A stretch of 64,000 bases of DNA. Origin: Squalus acanthias (lineage: Eukaryota). The position numbers were made by a program, and so were the translations under genes. The notes under the pieces are model-generated. The model saw only the letters and a list, made by a program, of their open reading frames with translations. It was not told the origin of the DNA and searched no databases. Below are positions 13,540 to 28,000 of this stretch, in pieces. The stretch lies in NCBI GenBank assembly GCA_030390025.1, contig CM059430.1, forward strand, positions 62,558,001 to 62,622,000. The letters run 5' to 3'. Position 1 is the first letter of the stretch. The number at the start of each line of letters is the position of its first letter.

Positions 13540-16500
13540 CAGATTCTTCTTGTTGTTGGATCCTATGAATCCTCGGCCCTTGACCTTGTCCAAGAGGTAC
13601 GAGGTACTTGCTACCTGTATGGATGAGGAAAAGGACTGCACGGAGGATGGACAAACTAACCTGTGCACCGTGGTACAGGGGGCCTTCCAAGTGGGGGGAG
13701 AAGGATGGAATGTGGTAGGGGACAGTTTAGTCAGGGGGATAGACGCTGTTCTCTGCAGCTGTGAAAGAGTGTCCCGAAGGCTGTGTTACCTACCCTGGTG
13801 CCAGAGTTAAGGATATCTCCTCGTGCTGGAGAAGAACTTGGAGTGGGAGGGGGAGGATCGAGTTTGAGGATCTAGGATCTAAAGTAACAAGCAGAACCTC
13901 AAGGGTAATAATCTCTGGATTAATACCTGAGCCTCGCGCAAATTGGCATAGTATCATGCAGATCAGAAAGTTAAATGCATGGCTCAAAGTGTGGTGTGGG
14001 AAGAAGGGTGCTGAATTCATGGGGCAAAGGCACCAGTACTGGGGAAAGGGGGAGGTGTTCCATTGGGACGGGCGATCAGCGTCCGGGTGAATCGAATAAC
14101 TAGGGCTGTAGATAGGGCTTTAAACTAAAAAAAAGTGGGGGGTGGGGTCAGGTGTGGGGAAATTTAGTAAACTAAAGAGAAAGGTCAAGGTAACAGAGCA
14201 GTGTAGCGATTTAGGTAAAATAAGCAGAGTGTAACAGGAAGGGACAGAGAGTTTAACGGTAGCAGTGCAGCAGAGAATCAGGTCAAAGCAGGGAATAATG
14301 GTAAAACATTTAAATTAAAGGCTCTTTATCTGAATGCACGAAGCATTCATAACAAGATAGACGAACTAATGGCACAAATAGCGATAAATTGGTTTGATCT
14401 AATAGCCATTACATGGACGTGGTTGCAAGGTGACCAAGGTTGGGAACTAAATGTTCCAGGGTAATTGACGTTTCGAAAAGACAAGCAGAATTGAAAAGGA
14501 GGGTGGGGGTGTTAACACTGAGAATAAAGGATGACATAAGGACAGTAGAGAGAAAGGATCTCGGCTCGGAAGATCAGGAAGTAGAATCAGTATGGGTGGT
14601 GATAAAGCATAACAAGTAGCAGAAAACACTTGGACATAGTAGCTATACCGTTGGACAGAATATTAATCAAGAAATAGTAGGTGCTTATAACAAAGATATG
14701 CAATAATCGTGGTGGACTTTAATCTTCACATAGACTGGACAAATCAAATTGTCAAAGGTAGTCGGGAGGACGAGTTCATGGAATGCATTCGGCACAGTTT
14801 CCTAGAACAATACATCATGGAACCAACTCGGGAATAGGTTATTTCAGATTTTGTAATGTGTAATGAGACAGGGTTAATAAGCAATCTGATAGTAAAGGAT
14901 CCTCTGTGGCAGAGTGATCATAATATGATAGAATTTCACATTGTCCCGTATTTTCCGATCCCTACGGGTGAGTACTAGCTGTGTACACACCCGTAGGGGC
15001 TTCACAAGTTCCAGTTTCAGGCAGGCGAAGCACATGCGCTGAAGCCTCTTGACAGATCCGCCGCCTGCCCGGGAAAAGGGGCCTCTGCGTGCAGGGAGTT
15101 TTGCTTTCTGCACAAGCTCCGCTCACTGAAAACCTTTAAAAATCTTACGCCTGGTTAATGCAGGTGTAAGTCCTGCTTTTACCAGCATAAGCGTTTAAAA
15201 AAGTAAAAACATATTTTTATCGAATTACGTTTGGGAGTGAATTGCCTAAGTCTGAAACAAGAGTCTTAAACTTAAATGAAGCGAGAAATGTAGGTATGAG
15301 GAGCGAGTTGGCTAAGGTAGATTGGAAAAATAGATTAAAAGGTATGGCAGTAGCTAAGCAGTGGCTAACATTTTAATAAATATTTCATAATTCTGAACAA
15401 AAATACATTACATTGAGAAACACAAACTCCACGAGAAGAGTGTTCCATCCGTGGCTAACTAAAGAAGTTAAGGATAGCATTAGATTGAAAGAAGAAGCTT
15501 GAAACTTGATACTTCTAAAATTCTAACAGGGCTAGACAGACTAAATGCAGGAAGGATGTTCCCGATGGCGGGGAGTCCAGAACCAGTGGGTCACAGTCTA
15601 AGGATAAGAGGTAAGCCATTTAGGACTGAGATGAGGAGGAATTTCTTCACCCAGAGAGTGGTGAATCTGTGGAATTCTCTACCACAGAAGGCAGTTGAGG
15701 CCAATTCATTAAATATATTCATTAAGTAGTTAGATATATTTCTTAAGGCTAAAGGGATCAATGGATATGGGGAGAAAGCAGGGACAGGGTACTGACGTTG
15801 GTTGTTCAGCCATGATCTCATTAAATGGTGGATAAGGCTCGAGCGGCCGAATGGCCTACTCCTGCTCCTGTCTTCTATGTTTCTATGTTTCTATGTAATG
15901 TTCTGAAGAATTCTAGTAAGCCTGAGGATTCGGAGAATTTCAGAAACCAGCATAGGATGAACAAAACATTAATGAAAAGGGAAAACATAGAATATGAGAG
16001 AAAACTAGCAAGAAATAGGAAAACAGATTGTAAGAGCTTCTACAAGTATGTAAAAAGGAAGAGAGTAGCAAAAGTCGAAGTTGGTCCCTTAGAGGCTGAG
16101 ACAGGAGACATTATTATATAAGGACATGGCAGAAACGTGAAACCAATATTTTGTGTCTGTCTTCACAGTAATAGACACAAAAAGCATACCAAATATGGTG
16201 GGGAAGCAAGGGTAGAATGAAGGTGAGGAAATTAACATAATTAATAGAAGTAGAGAAAAAGTACTCGTGAAACTAATGGGAATAAAAGCCGACAAATCCC
16301 CTGACCTGACGGCCGACATTCTAGGGTTCTAAAAGAGTTGGCTGTGAGATAGTGGATGCACTGGTTTTGATCTTCCAAAATTCTCTCGATTCTAGAATGT
16401 TCCCAGCGGATTGGAAGGTAGCTAATGTAACACCGCTGTGCAAGAAAAGAGGGAGAGAGAAAACAGGAAACTTTAGGCCAGTTAGCATGACATTAGTCGT

Positions 16501-17875
16501 CGGGAAAATGCTGGAATTCATTGTTAAGGAAGTGGTATCAGGGCACTCAGAAAATCATAATATGATTAGGCAGTGTCAACGTGGTTTTATGAAAGGAAAA
16601 TCGTGTTTCACAAATGTATTAGAGTTTTTTGAGGATGTAACTAGCAGGGTAGATAAAGGGGAATGAGCGGGTATAGTATATTTGGATTTCCGAAAGGTAT
16701 TCGATAAGGTGACACATAAAAGGTTATTACACAAGATAAGGGCTCATGGGGTTTGGGGTAATATAGTAGCATGAATAGAGGACTGGTTAACGGACAGAAA
16801 GCAGAGAGTAGGGATAAACGATTTAAGGTTGGCAGGCTGTAACTAGCGGGCTGCCTCTAGGATCACTGCTGGGGCCTGAGCCATTTACAATCTATATTAA
16901 TGACCTGGATGAAGGGACCGAGTGTAATGTATCCAAGCTTGCTGATGATCCAAAGCTTGGTTGGACAGAAAGCTGTGAGGAGAACACAAACAGTATGCAA
17001 AGTGATATAGGTAGACTAGGCGAGTGGGCAGCAAGGTGGCAGATGGAGTATAATGCAGGGAAATGTGAGATTATTCACTTTGGTAGGAAGAATAGAAAAA
17101 CATAATATTTTTTAACGTGAGAAACTTTTAAACGTTGGTTTTCAGAGAGATTTGTGTGACCTCGTTCAAAAAATACAAAAAGCTAGCATGCAGGTACAGC
17201 ACGCAATAAGGAAGGCAAATGGCCTGTTGGGCTTCATTGCAAGTGGGTTGGTGTATAAGAGTAAGAATGTCTTGCTACAATTGTATTGGGCCTTGGTGAG
17301 ACCACACCTGGAGTATTGTGCACAGTTTTGGTTTCTTTATCTAAGGAAGGGTATACTTGCCTTGGAGGCGGTTCAACGAAGGTTCACTAGATTGATTCCT
17401 GGGATGAGAGGTCTGTCCTATGATGAGAGATTGTGTAGAATGGGACTATACTCTCTGAAGTTTAGAAGAATGAAAGGTGATCTCATTGAAACATACAGAT
17501 TCTGAAGGGGATAGACAGGGTAGATGCTGAGAGGTTGTTTCCCCTGGCACGTGTGTCTATAACTAGGGGGCATAGTCTCAGGATAAGAGGTAGGCCACTT
17601 AAGACCGAGATGAGGAGACATTTCTTCACTCAAAGTGTTGTGAACCTTTGGAATTTTCTGCCCCAGAGGACTGTGGATGCTGAGTCTTTGACATAGTTAA
17701 AGCTGAGATAGATAGATTTTTGGACTCCATGGGAATCAAGTGATATGGAGATCGTGCGGGAAAGTGGAGTTGAGGTCAATGATCAGCCATGGTCTTATTG
17801 AATGGCGGAGCAGGCTCGAGGGGCCGTATGGCCTACTCCTGCTTCTATTTCTTATGTTCTTGTGTTCTTATGTTC
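13540..17875 (+). mobile_element. Degenerate near full-length CR1 (ORF1 GDS motif, APE, RT) carrying a MITE fragment (14940-15230) and a CR1 3' fragment (~15502-15896)
   Basis: VVGDSLVRG; RGFMKGKSC; LVRPHLEYC; ttcttatgttc tail. Confidence 0.85.
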
Positions 17876-18699
17876 TGGTTTCGATTGGAAACATTCGGTA
17901 CTCTCCACACTTGACCACAAACATCAGATAAACTGAAGGGTGAGTGATTGTATAAATCAATCAAAAATTTGATGTAATAATTTGTGGCGTAATGTATTAC
18001 GCACAAAGCCTTACCTACATTTTCTCAGTGCGGCGTCCGTGGACAACTGCAATATGAGAACGCTTTAGGATACCCTTCAAATAACGGTGAAGCCTCCCAT
18101 ACACTCGAATCAGAAGAATATTACCCTTCACTTTATGGAGCATAGTTTTGGCCATTGAGCTCTTGACCTGGAAGCTCACTAGACGCCCCTTTTAAAAATC
18201 GAGCGAATATATCGGCTATGAAACCAATTTGCACAGTTTCATCGTGGCTACCAACATTTTCCTCCAAACATTTTAGGCAGGACGCGCTGATAGCAAGAAA
18301 TTGCATTTGCAAAGAAGCCCTGACCTCAAACACACATCGGGTGCTCTCTGAACGAATCATCAAAGCTCTATTTCCTAAATATTCAATAAGGTTATTTTAA
18401 GGTGAAAATAAACCCCATCGTTATCATTGACGGTCTGATTCAAGTCACTGTGTTCGGAATAGCTTCGGGTCTCCCGAGATATAACACATCACAATGAATG
18501 CGATCTCCCCAGTATCACGTGAAATGTCCAGCAATGCGTGGAATTATAGAGAACAATCTCTAAACACGCAACTGCTGTGTTAATCAGTCACTTTCTCACT
18601 TTCAGTGTTTATCATAAAATATTGCTACTGTTATTTAAGAACTAATTATTAACAATTTATAAATGTTCCAGTTTGTTCTGCTTTGGCGTCTGTAGTCTA

Positions 18700-19020
18700 T
18701 TGTGTGACGTTAACAGCAGCGTACACCTTAAGGGAAGTGTAGGAATAGTGGCTCAGCGATCAGTGGTAAATTCTCTATTTGGAATTTCGGAAATTATTTT
18801 TCCTAAGCTTTTGTTGACCGTGACAGAGTTGATTCAATGGCTGCCTTAGAGCAGACGGTCATCAAATTTCACTTCACAAACGAACCCTATTTTTAACCAA
18901 CAGACACAGGATGTCAAACGTCATTACGAAGCATTTCGGTTTAAATAATCAGCAAACCCTTCCTCCAGTGGCAAGCAGACAGTCGGTGCAGTCAGTGATC
19001 AGTTGAATCTTTTGCTCGGA
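18700..19020 (+). promoter_or_regulatory. Putative proximal promoter of gene 1
   Basis: Unique sequence 5' of the leader with TGACGT, GGAAGT (18733), TTTCACTTC (18867), TTTCGGTTT (18934) and TTTAAAT; all retained in gene 2. Confidence 0.35.
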
Positions 19021-19081
19021 ATGTTGTCGACTGTGATGTTTCTTTTCCTGTTCCTGTCTCTCCCGGGGATCATTTGCGCAG
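19021..19081 (+). CDS. Gene 1 exon 1, signal peptide MLSTVMFLFLFLSLPGIICA
   Basis: ATG at 19021, hydrophobic core, phase-1 donor G|GTACC at 19082; conserved in paralog at 45553. Confidence 0.85.
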
Positions 19082-22000
19082 GTACCTGTTTATTCTCAAA
19101 TCGAGCTGTCTTAATAAAAAGCATACCTGAAGTAGTTACCACAGAAATTGAAAGAAATATGGTTAGTCGGTCTGTATTCTTTTAACGCATTTTCATTTCC
19201 ATGTAGAAATGCATTTTAAAGTGTTTGGTTCCGCATAGAATACAATTAAGCAAACTTTGAATATCTTTTCCAACAGCTGCTGCGGACTCTTCGATCAGCG
19301 TGCCTCAAAATCCCAGAAAAGTAACTAAATTAAGAGGGTCAAACATCACCTTCCAGTGCGTAGTCCCAGGGTCCCTTCGCAATTCAGGGATAGAAGTGTG
19401 TTGGAGGAAAGAGGGTGAGAATGAATATCTGCAAAGAGGAGCCGATAGCAGAAAAAGATTTACTCTGAAAGATAATGCAGTCAGTGTCTTTGAGTTACTG
19501 AACGTGACTTTTCGGGACTCTGGAATCTATCATTGCGCAGTGATCCATCAGGGAAGAATTATTGGAAATGGAACAGGATCACATCTAACTGTGAGCGGTA
19601 AGTGACCGGAGTGAGCGGGAACATCCAAATGTATCAAATTTAACAAGGATGATGTTTTGTCATTGTTTTATTGCACCGTCTTTGATATTATAAAACAATA
19701 TATTAATACATTTACAGTGAAACTCTGCACACAACTACTAATTATACGCATAATATGACACTTCATTTGCTGAGGTGTGTAAAATTCCAGCAATATTAAT
19801 CAGATTAAGTAACATGTTGCTGGATTCATCTCAAAACGTAATTTTTACATCAGACTTCTGAAGATGGAAGTTGCGGAACAAATTCCAAATATATTGATGA
19901 CTGGCTGAAAATATTTTCTATTAATGCACCACTCCCGCCATAAACACGGCTCTCTTGGGGAGACAGACAGACAGATCCAGAGTGACAAACAAACAGAAAG
20001 CGACTGAGGATACCATTGTTCATCCATATCTTATGATCATTATCTCCCCAGTAACCTGATTTTCTCCATTCTGTCTTCCGCAGCTGCCCCAACTCCATTG
20101 AAGTTTTCCCTGAGGACACCCGAGAGCAATTCATCTGCGTTTCTGACTCTTGTGTGTGAAACGGCTGAGTTTTACCCGGGCGATTTTATCCTCGTTTGGT
20201 ATAAAAATGGCGTCGAAACCGCAACTGGGATAAATGACACTAAACGGCAGAACACTGAGGGACTGTATGAAGTTTCCAGCTCTTTTGAAGAGACGCAGCC
20301 TGTGACGAACGGGGCTGTTTACATCTGTTTGGTATGTCATGCCTCCCTCCGGACTCCCGCCATTGCCATCCACACAGTTATCAATTGCGACCCAGGTACG
20401 AACGCAGGCCAAGAAGTGAGTTCAGCTACTGTTATATTCTGAAAGGGTATTTCATAGAGTTTGTTCATATCGATAAACATAAATTTAGTTTGAAAATACG
20501 CCCAGGAAACAGCAAAGCAAAGAGAAAATCAATGTTTCAATGTAAAATATTATTGACCGAGACCCGTTGTGAAACCGAAGGATTATTATCGCCCTTCACC
20601 CAGTAACTGCCTATTAAACCTCATCAGCTTCCAATTGTTAAAACAAATACGTGCAGGCTGTTTTTCTCTTCTATGCAATTATTTTACATTTCTTGTTTAT
20701 TACTAAACAATCAAACGTTTGCTCTTGTTAAACTGAATTCATTTTTCCCATTATCTGGTTCCTTGCACTAGTTGCAGGACTAGAAGCGACTGTTCGTTTG
20801 TCTGGTCTCGACCGTCTCTGAATCCCGCCTCTGATGGGCGATTCACGGTGGGGTCTTTTACACCGTCATTGTTCCCAAACACCAACTCATTTCCTGTGTT
20901 CCCAGGTCTCGCATTTCAGTTACGCAATGCCCTTCTTACCCCCCGCCCCCCGGTGCTGGATAAGCCGAGCAACCAAGAACACACAGACTAAAATTCCATT
21001 CTCTTCGTAAATCCCAGTACTCTCACACACGACAACATGATTAATCCGAGATCTTACCTTCTCCCATTCTGTTCAAGCTTACATTCCCCTCTAACTTTCA
21101 TGGTCATGATCCATTCCATTGGTACCTCCTGGCCACAACTCTGCCGACCCCACATCCAGCCTCACAAATATTCTGTCAAACATTATTTTCTGTCATATTT
21201 CTTTAATTAATTTATAACAATTATAAACAAGAGCTTATCACTTCTATCCGATTATATTTCCTCACCTGTTTATTATTAATACTTATTCAATTTATTTTGT
21301 TTAAGATCGTTGTATTCTTTACCATTGCCTGCTGTCCTTGTCCCAAGACTGTTACCAGGAGCTGCAGTCACGCTGTTTGCACTTGGGCTTCTTCCAATGC
21401 AGTTCCTGATCCTCATCCCCCTATCGGCTAATTCTACTGTAGAGATCCGAAATTAACCCCTGGCCAGCTTTTACCCCTCACCCGTCCATGTCATAACGGG
21501 TTTAATTGGAATATGTCTCATAAATCTCATTTAACCTGTGCCCGCAACCTGGCGACAGTACAGCCGGTTCGATACGTCATATTGTGAAGAACTCTTTGCC
21601 CCGAAGGGCAACAGTCAATGAACCATTGCCCGTTGATAGCCCTTACTATTCAGTGACCTTCTTACTGTAATAAACAAAGGTCAGGTAATTCAAAGGGTAT
21701 TCTTAACCGATTGCAGCAACCCAGAATTTTGTGCCCGCAACGAAGAAACTCTTGTGACGCATTTTCCTCCAATTTCCTCAAACTATATGTTAATAAATAA
21801 AAAACGTCAAGAACAAGTCTTTTGGTCATGGGAAATTGATCTCTCTCGTATTCTAACTCTCCTAAAACAGTGCTGTGAGATCCCTAACCCGGTAGTGCGT
21901 TGTGCAGATTAATCCCGAATGTCTCCTCCATCCGACGAATAAGTTACTTTAAAGATGATATCTAAAAGAAATAACATTTTGTATTTAATCTTTCTTATTG

Positions 22001-25000
22001 CCGATCTATACCGCGGAGTTACTGAAAGAAACTTCTTAGTTTAACCAATAAACTATCTTGAGGCCTATTCTTAGCTAACGCCCGCCATAACTTAAAGTTC
22101 CTATTAATCTTACAGGTAGTGGCGATAATTCACTTTATATCTTGGCTCCTGGGTGTGCGGTGGGTGGATTGGCGTTTCTGGTGCTAATGATTTTCATTGG
22201 GACGCGATGCCGACTGCAGAAGAATGAAGGTAAGATCAACTGTAAGCCCTTTATGTTCTTACAAAACCTCCGGGTTAGTGACAGTCTCTGGGTTACATTG
22301 GGGAAGGAGAAATCGATTTGGACTTAAAGATGAAAACAGTGTTATCTGTTTCAGGGAGCACGGATTGTTCCAAATACATTTGAAAATGCTGAATTGCTCA
22401 AAGAATCGTAATAAAAATGGAAATAATTGTTTGAATGTTTGCAACAGAAGTGCCCCCTTTGCAGCATAATAAATGACATGTGCCCTGACACACAATCACT
22501 TTCCAACCCATTCTGTTATGGATGCGCAACTAGTTTGATTGAAAGAGTCTGAGTCTCCGGCCGGGGAATGGTTGTACACAAAAGAACATAACAATAAGGA
22601 ACAGGAATAGGCCGGACTGCCCTTGAGCCTGCTCCATCATGCAATAAGATCATGGCTGATCTTCTACCTCAACGCCACTTTCCCGCCCTATCCCCATATC
22701 CCTTGATGTCCTTAATGCCCACAAAGATTGCCTTAGTTTCCGAGAAATAGCCAAAAAATGCACCATTGCTGATCGCTACAAGGGCTGGGATTTCAAACAC
22801 TGTCGGCACAATCCGGAATTGAAAATCATGTCCGGTTTTGTCTGACTCTAGAAATGTTTTTGCAACCACTGACATGGAAACTGAGTAAATGTTGCAATCT
22901 TTCAATATCATTAAATTTCATTCGTTTCCAGGTAAAGAAGAATGTGTAAGGGGAACGAACCGCCTTCAAGAGCTGGTACGTTCATTCATCCATCCCGGTA
23001 GACGGTTGAATTGTCAAGAAAGATTGGTATAATGGAAAGATTATATCATAGTCACGTCAGAACAGTTTAAGTCTACTGACTAAAAGTATTTGTCCGGTCT
23101 TAGTGAGTCATTCAAATCATGTTTAGAAATGTGCTTGGCACCCGGTGCGTTGCTGAAAAAAAAGTAAAATGGTAGAGAAGAAACCGGCTGTTTCGTTGAA
23201 AATGTACCTGGCTAATAATTGTTTATAGAATCATAAGAACATAAGAAATGGGGGCAGGAGTAGTCCATTCGGCCCTTCGAGCCTGCTCCGCCATTGAATA
23301 GAATTATGGCTGATCTTCTACCTCGAATCTACGCTCCTGCACTTTCTCTATTTCCCTTGGTTCCCTCAGTAGCCAAAAGTCTATCCATCTCTTTCTTTAA
23401 TATTCTCACCGACTGAGCATTCACAGCCCTCTGGGATGTAGAATTCCAAAGATTCACAACACTTTGAGTGAAGAAATTTCTCCTCATCTCAGTCCTAAAT
23501 GACCGACCCCTTATTCTGAGATTGTGAACCCTAGCTCTAGACTCCCCAGCCGGGGGAAACAGCCTCCCAGCATCTACCCTGCCAAGCAACTTCAAAATTT
23601 TAGACATTTCAATGAGATCACCTCTCATTCTTCTAAACTGTAGCGAATAAAGGTTTAGTCTACTAAATCTCTTCTCCTAGGATAATCCCCCCATCCCAGG
23701 AATTAGCCTGTTGAACCTTCATTACATTCCCTCTAAGGCAAAGATATCCTGCCTCAGATAAGGATTACTCCAGGTGTGGTCTCACCAAGATCATACATAA
23801 CTACAGTAAGACTTATTTCCTCTTATACACCAATCCTTTTGTAATTAAGGCTAATATACAATTTGTTTTCCTAATTGCTTGCTATACCTGCATGTTGACT
23901 TTCTATGATTCGTGTATAAGGAGACCCTGCTCCCTCCGAATACCAACATTTTCCAATCTCTCACTATTTAAAAAATATCCTGTTTTTCTATTTTTCCTCC
24001 CAAAGTTGATAACTTCACATTCCTGCACGTTATATTCCATCTGCCATGTACTTGCCCATCACTTAACCTGCCTATATACCTTTTCAGCCTCTTTGCGTCC
24101 TCCTCACAACATACTGTCCCATCGAGATTTTTATCTTAAGCAAACTTGAATAACTTACACTTGGTCCCCTCATCTAGGTCATTGATATAGATTGAAAATA
24201 GCTGAGGCCCAAACAATGATCCCTGAGATATCGCACTAGTTATAGCCTGCCACCCGAAAATTACCCATTTATTCCTACTGTCTGTTTTCTGTCCGTTAAC
24301 CAATCCTCAATCCACGCTAATATATTACCTCCAATCCCATGACCCCTAATTTTGTGTAATAACGTCTTGTATGGCACCTTATCGAATGTGTTTTGTAAAT
24401 TCAAATACACTACATTCACTGCTTCCCCCTTATCTACTGTAAGATTTGGATCACAGGTCACACACAGACTACCCAAAGGATCTTAGGTGTTGTAATGCAT
24501 TTTATTAAGGAGTGAAAGTTTAAGTTAAGTACAACACGCAATCAAGATAGACATAGTAGACATACGATCGGACAGACGGCTGGCGTGCGCGAACAGCTCT
24601 TCCCTTCCCTTCACCATCTGTGCTCAAAGCTCTTTAGATATCTCTTTTACTCTCTTTTTAGGGGTGGGCCAAGGGTAGATTATCAAAGATACAATCAACA
24701 ACCTTTCGAGCACACAAAGAGCAGACAACTAGTCTAGAAACAACGTCACTGCCACGGTGTAGAATGTTATAAATTCCACAAGGAACCAGGAACTAAGCAA
24801 ATTCTAAGCGTCTTTCCAGTTATTCTAAAACCAGTCTGAAGAAACTTTTTTGTCTCAAGTTATTTTTTCCAATTCATGATTTCTTACAACTCCCCACCTT
24901 GAGAAGGAAATATCCTATTGACTTCTCACAACCCACTTTGACTAATCTATATCGTTCTAAGTTATCGGCCCGCTGATAACATTCGTGCACAGGGATGCTG

Positions 25001-28000
25001 GCTGCCATTATAAGTTACTTCCCACCAATCGTAGTCCGTAAATTTGCTTATTGCTTTCTCAACTTGGGCGTTAGTTGTTAGGGAGACTCAGTAATGAAGA
25101 TTAACCCCTTCCTTACGGTCCATTCTTTTGAGGGGGAGGAGCAACTTCCGACCCTTCACACAGGTTCAGTTCACTGTTCCGGTGTTCCAATTCTGCCCCG
25201 CCTGGGGTATCCTCTGTTTCTTCTATCTTTTCTGATCTTACCCCGCCTGGGGTCTCCTCTACGTTGCTTCGGATCTTCACTTTCAGTGTGCTCAATTAAT
25301 TTCTTCGTGCTGGTTAGTCATAAGCATGTGTACATAATTGGCTTGTGCATCAAAGTCTTACTACACGTGTTACATATATCAAATACACTATCAATACATG
25401 TTGGAGAACTACCAGCGCGTGTGAAATAATACGAACATAGGGTGTGCTGATATATTAAGCTCAATATCCCACCAGTGCGAATCTTCCCCTATACTGTCAA
25501 TTTCAATATCTATTCTCGAGTTGTCTTGCTCCAAAAGAAAAAGATGCTTTAGGGAGGAGTTCATTCACATCACAAGCTCACTGAAGCCCTTAGACAGAAG
25601 GGGAATGTCATACCTGAATTATGCAGCTCACACTTAAGTGTCTCATTTAATGTCAGTTTCAGTTGAGCATAGGTTTTGATACTGAGTAAAACGTGTTGGT
25701 TGATGGTTGTGGGTAGATGTGGTGTGAAGCAGAAACTGTGTGCTATTAATTGGACGGGTCCTGTTAGACCCATAAAGTATGGTAGTTGTGATAGTAGTGA
25801 CACAGGAGGCATCACCAAAACCACCTCATACTGGATTCGTACTGGCTTTTCCCTCGCTCTGTTACCTACTGAACACAATTATTACAGTCACAGTTAAATT
25901 CAGTCTTACAATCATTATAAGCGACACTACAGTTTCACATCGAATCAACAGGCCATGGATTTAAAAGATTCTCCAGATCTCTTTCACCCGTATCCAGCTT
26001 GTGGATAATTCTTGCTAAGTATGATTTCTCCCTAGCCTCAATTGTCCCAATCAAAATTCCGTGTAATTCTCCGCTTTAACTTCAATTTCAATCCCTCTAA
26101 TAGGTACCATTATGTTTAACTCTATTTTGATTGTTTCATTAATTAGATAGTTTCTCGATGGAGTATGTGTCAGTGCTTTAAAAATTGTCTCACTCTCCTG
26201 AGCCACATTAACCATTTCATGTCATGCTGTTGTCAAGTAACTGAGCATGTCTGAGACCCGTTCTTCAGTGCGGATTCACCATGCATTTCCGGATGATAAT
26301 TGCTTCATACATAACAAATCAATATCATGCCACATGTGCTATCCGATACAAGCCATTCTTGGGCTTTCAGGTGATCTTATCAAAAGATTGTCTGGAGATC
26401 TTTGCTCATCTTCCATCGCATGGTTCCGATGTCTCGGGTAGTGGTCAGACTATCAAATTCAGTTTTCTTAAAAAGTTCATTATAGGCAGGGACACAAATG
26501 TTTCCAAGAGAAAGCTATCAATTTACTATTCTGAACTATACTTTCTTGACTTTCACTAGAAAGTTAGGAAAATTCCCATTTGGTAGTGTAATTTTCCTGT
26601 TTCAAGCTTACATCTTAAGTCGGGCATCCCATTAATAATTATTAATATCTCATTCATGAGCACTGGAGCAACTTTACTGACCAATACAATAATAAAGATA
26701 GAAAACATAGATCAAAGTTGTTTTGTGAACCAATTTAAAAAAATCCAGCTGCCAGCAGAAAGGGTTATCTGCTTTGCAGCTTTTCAGAAGGCGGAGCAAA
26801 TATTGTCAGACACAGACAATTGTGTCACTTCACGTAAATTTAAAAACTTTCCCGATCGAAAAAGACAGTTGGGTTTTGACAATTTAATAGGTTAGTTAAC
26901 TTTAATAATTCCAATTTAATTCAGACCAATATTTTATTAACTAAACACGATACAGAAAAGATAAAATACATCAAATTAAATCGCAGTAAGTTACATAACA
27001 TTTCTCTTTGTTCTTTCTTCAGATGCCTTTTCAAATGACAGTAAAAATATTGACTACAACTGGAGAAAAATCAGTTTTCACACTTAAATTAAACACATCA
27101 AACTGATTTGGAAAATTCACGAAAGCAACCGCAACTCCAAGGTTAAATCTTAGACTGAAACTTAATTATTTGTTAAACAAACTTTTTGTTTTTCTCAGTT
27201 TTTCCACACCAGCTTAACTTAAATTGTAGTTCAAAGTTTTATTTTTCAATTCTGGGTGCACAATCTTATTCGAACATTCTTAAAACTTCCAAAATCCAAG
27301 ACAAGACTACAACGTGTTAAATGGCTTTTAGCACATAGAAGTGGGTGGAGCTAAAACACACATAACAGACACTTTCTTTTAAAGACAGACTTTCAGACAA
27401 AACGAATACTGTTACTTCCAAAACACTCACAGATGCTTTGCAAAAGGACATCAAAATTCACACTGAAAGGAAATAAAAACCAATAGAACAGCAGAAAAGA
27501 GACATGATCTTCCTTTCCTCTTTTATTCCATCCTAATTATTTTATCCTTTCACCCATAAACCAATTTTAGTTTCTAATGTTTTCTACTGAATCTCATTCT
27601 GTACTGATTACTGCCACTGGAAATCTGAGAGATTAGAGTGGGTGTCTCCAGAACCATCGGGGCACATGCGCGGGTGACTGAATTGAGATTGTGATAGTCA
27701 ATAGTCATCCGATAATCACCCGGTTTTCGAACCGGCCAAACTAGGGAGCTGGTCGTGAAAGTGCCTTTGCAAACAACACCCTGCTTTAGCTCCAAGGGAA
27801 GGGATCCTTGTATAGTTGACTGGATTGAACTGTCAAAGTCCAATAAAACTTGGGGCTCACCCTTTGTTGGATCGGGGTGGGGATCGTGAATGATGGTGGT
27901 GGAGGAGCCGGATTTGAATCACATTAATTGTTGACGGGCTCCAGAATCAACAGTTTGGACTACCGGTCTCCCACCACCATTATATCGGAGAGGGGAAATC

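Larger units (their letters stand above)
352..20400 (+). repeat. Segmental duplication copy A (high-identity block)
   Basis: Colinear with 33607-46930; e.g. ORF 561 matches 33817, 12371 matches 38849, 18133 matches 44596; shared TE insertions. Confidence 0.92.

Noticed and set aside
19277-20395. Rearranging TCR/Ig locus
   Set aside because: V and J-like strands are in one exon, I saw no RSS or separate D/J segments, and the tail is ITIM-type.
25094-26895. Intact retroviral env ORF
   Set aside because: Only short, stop-ridden frames; I could not identify furin, fusion-peptide or CX6CC motifs.
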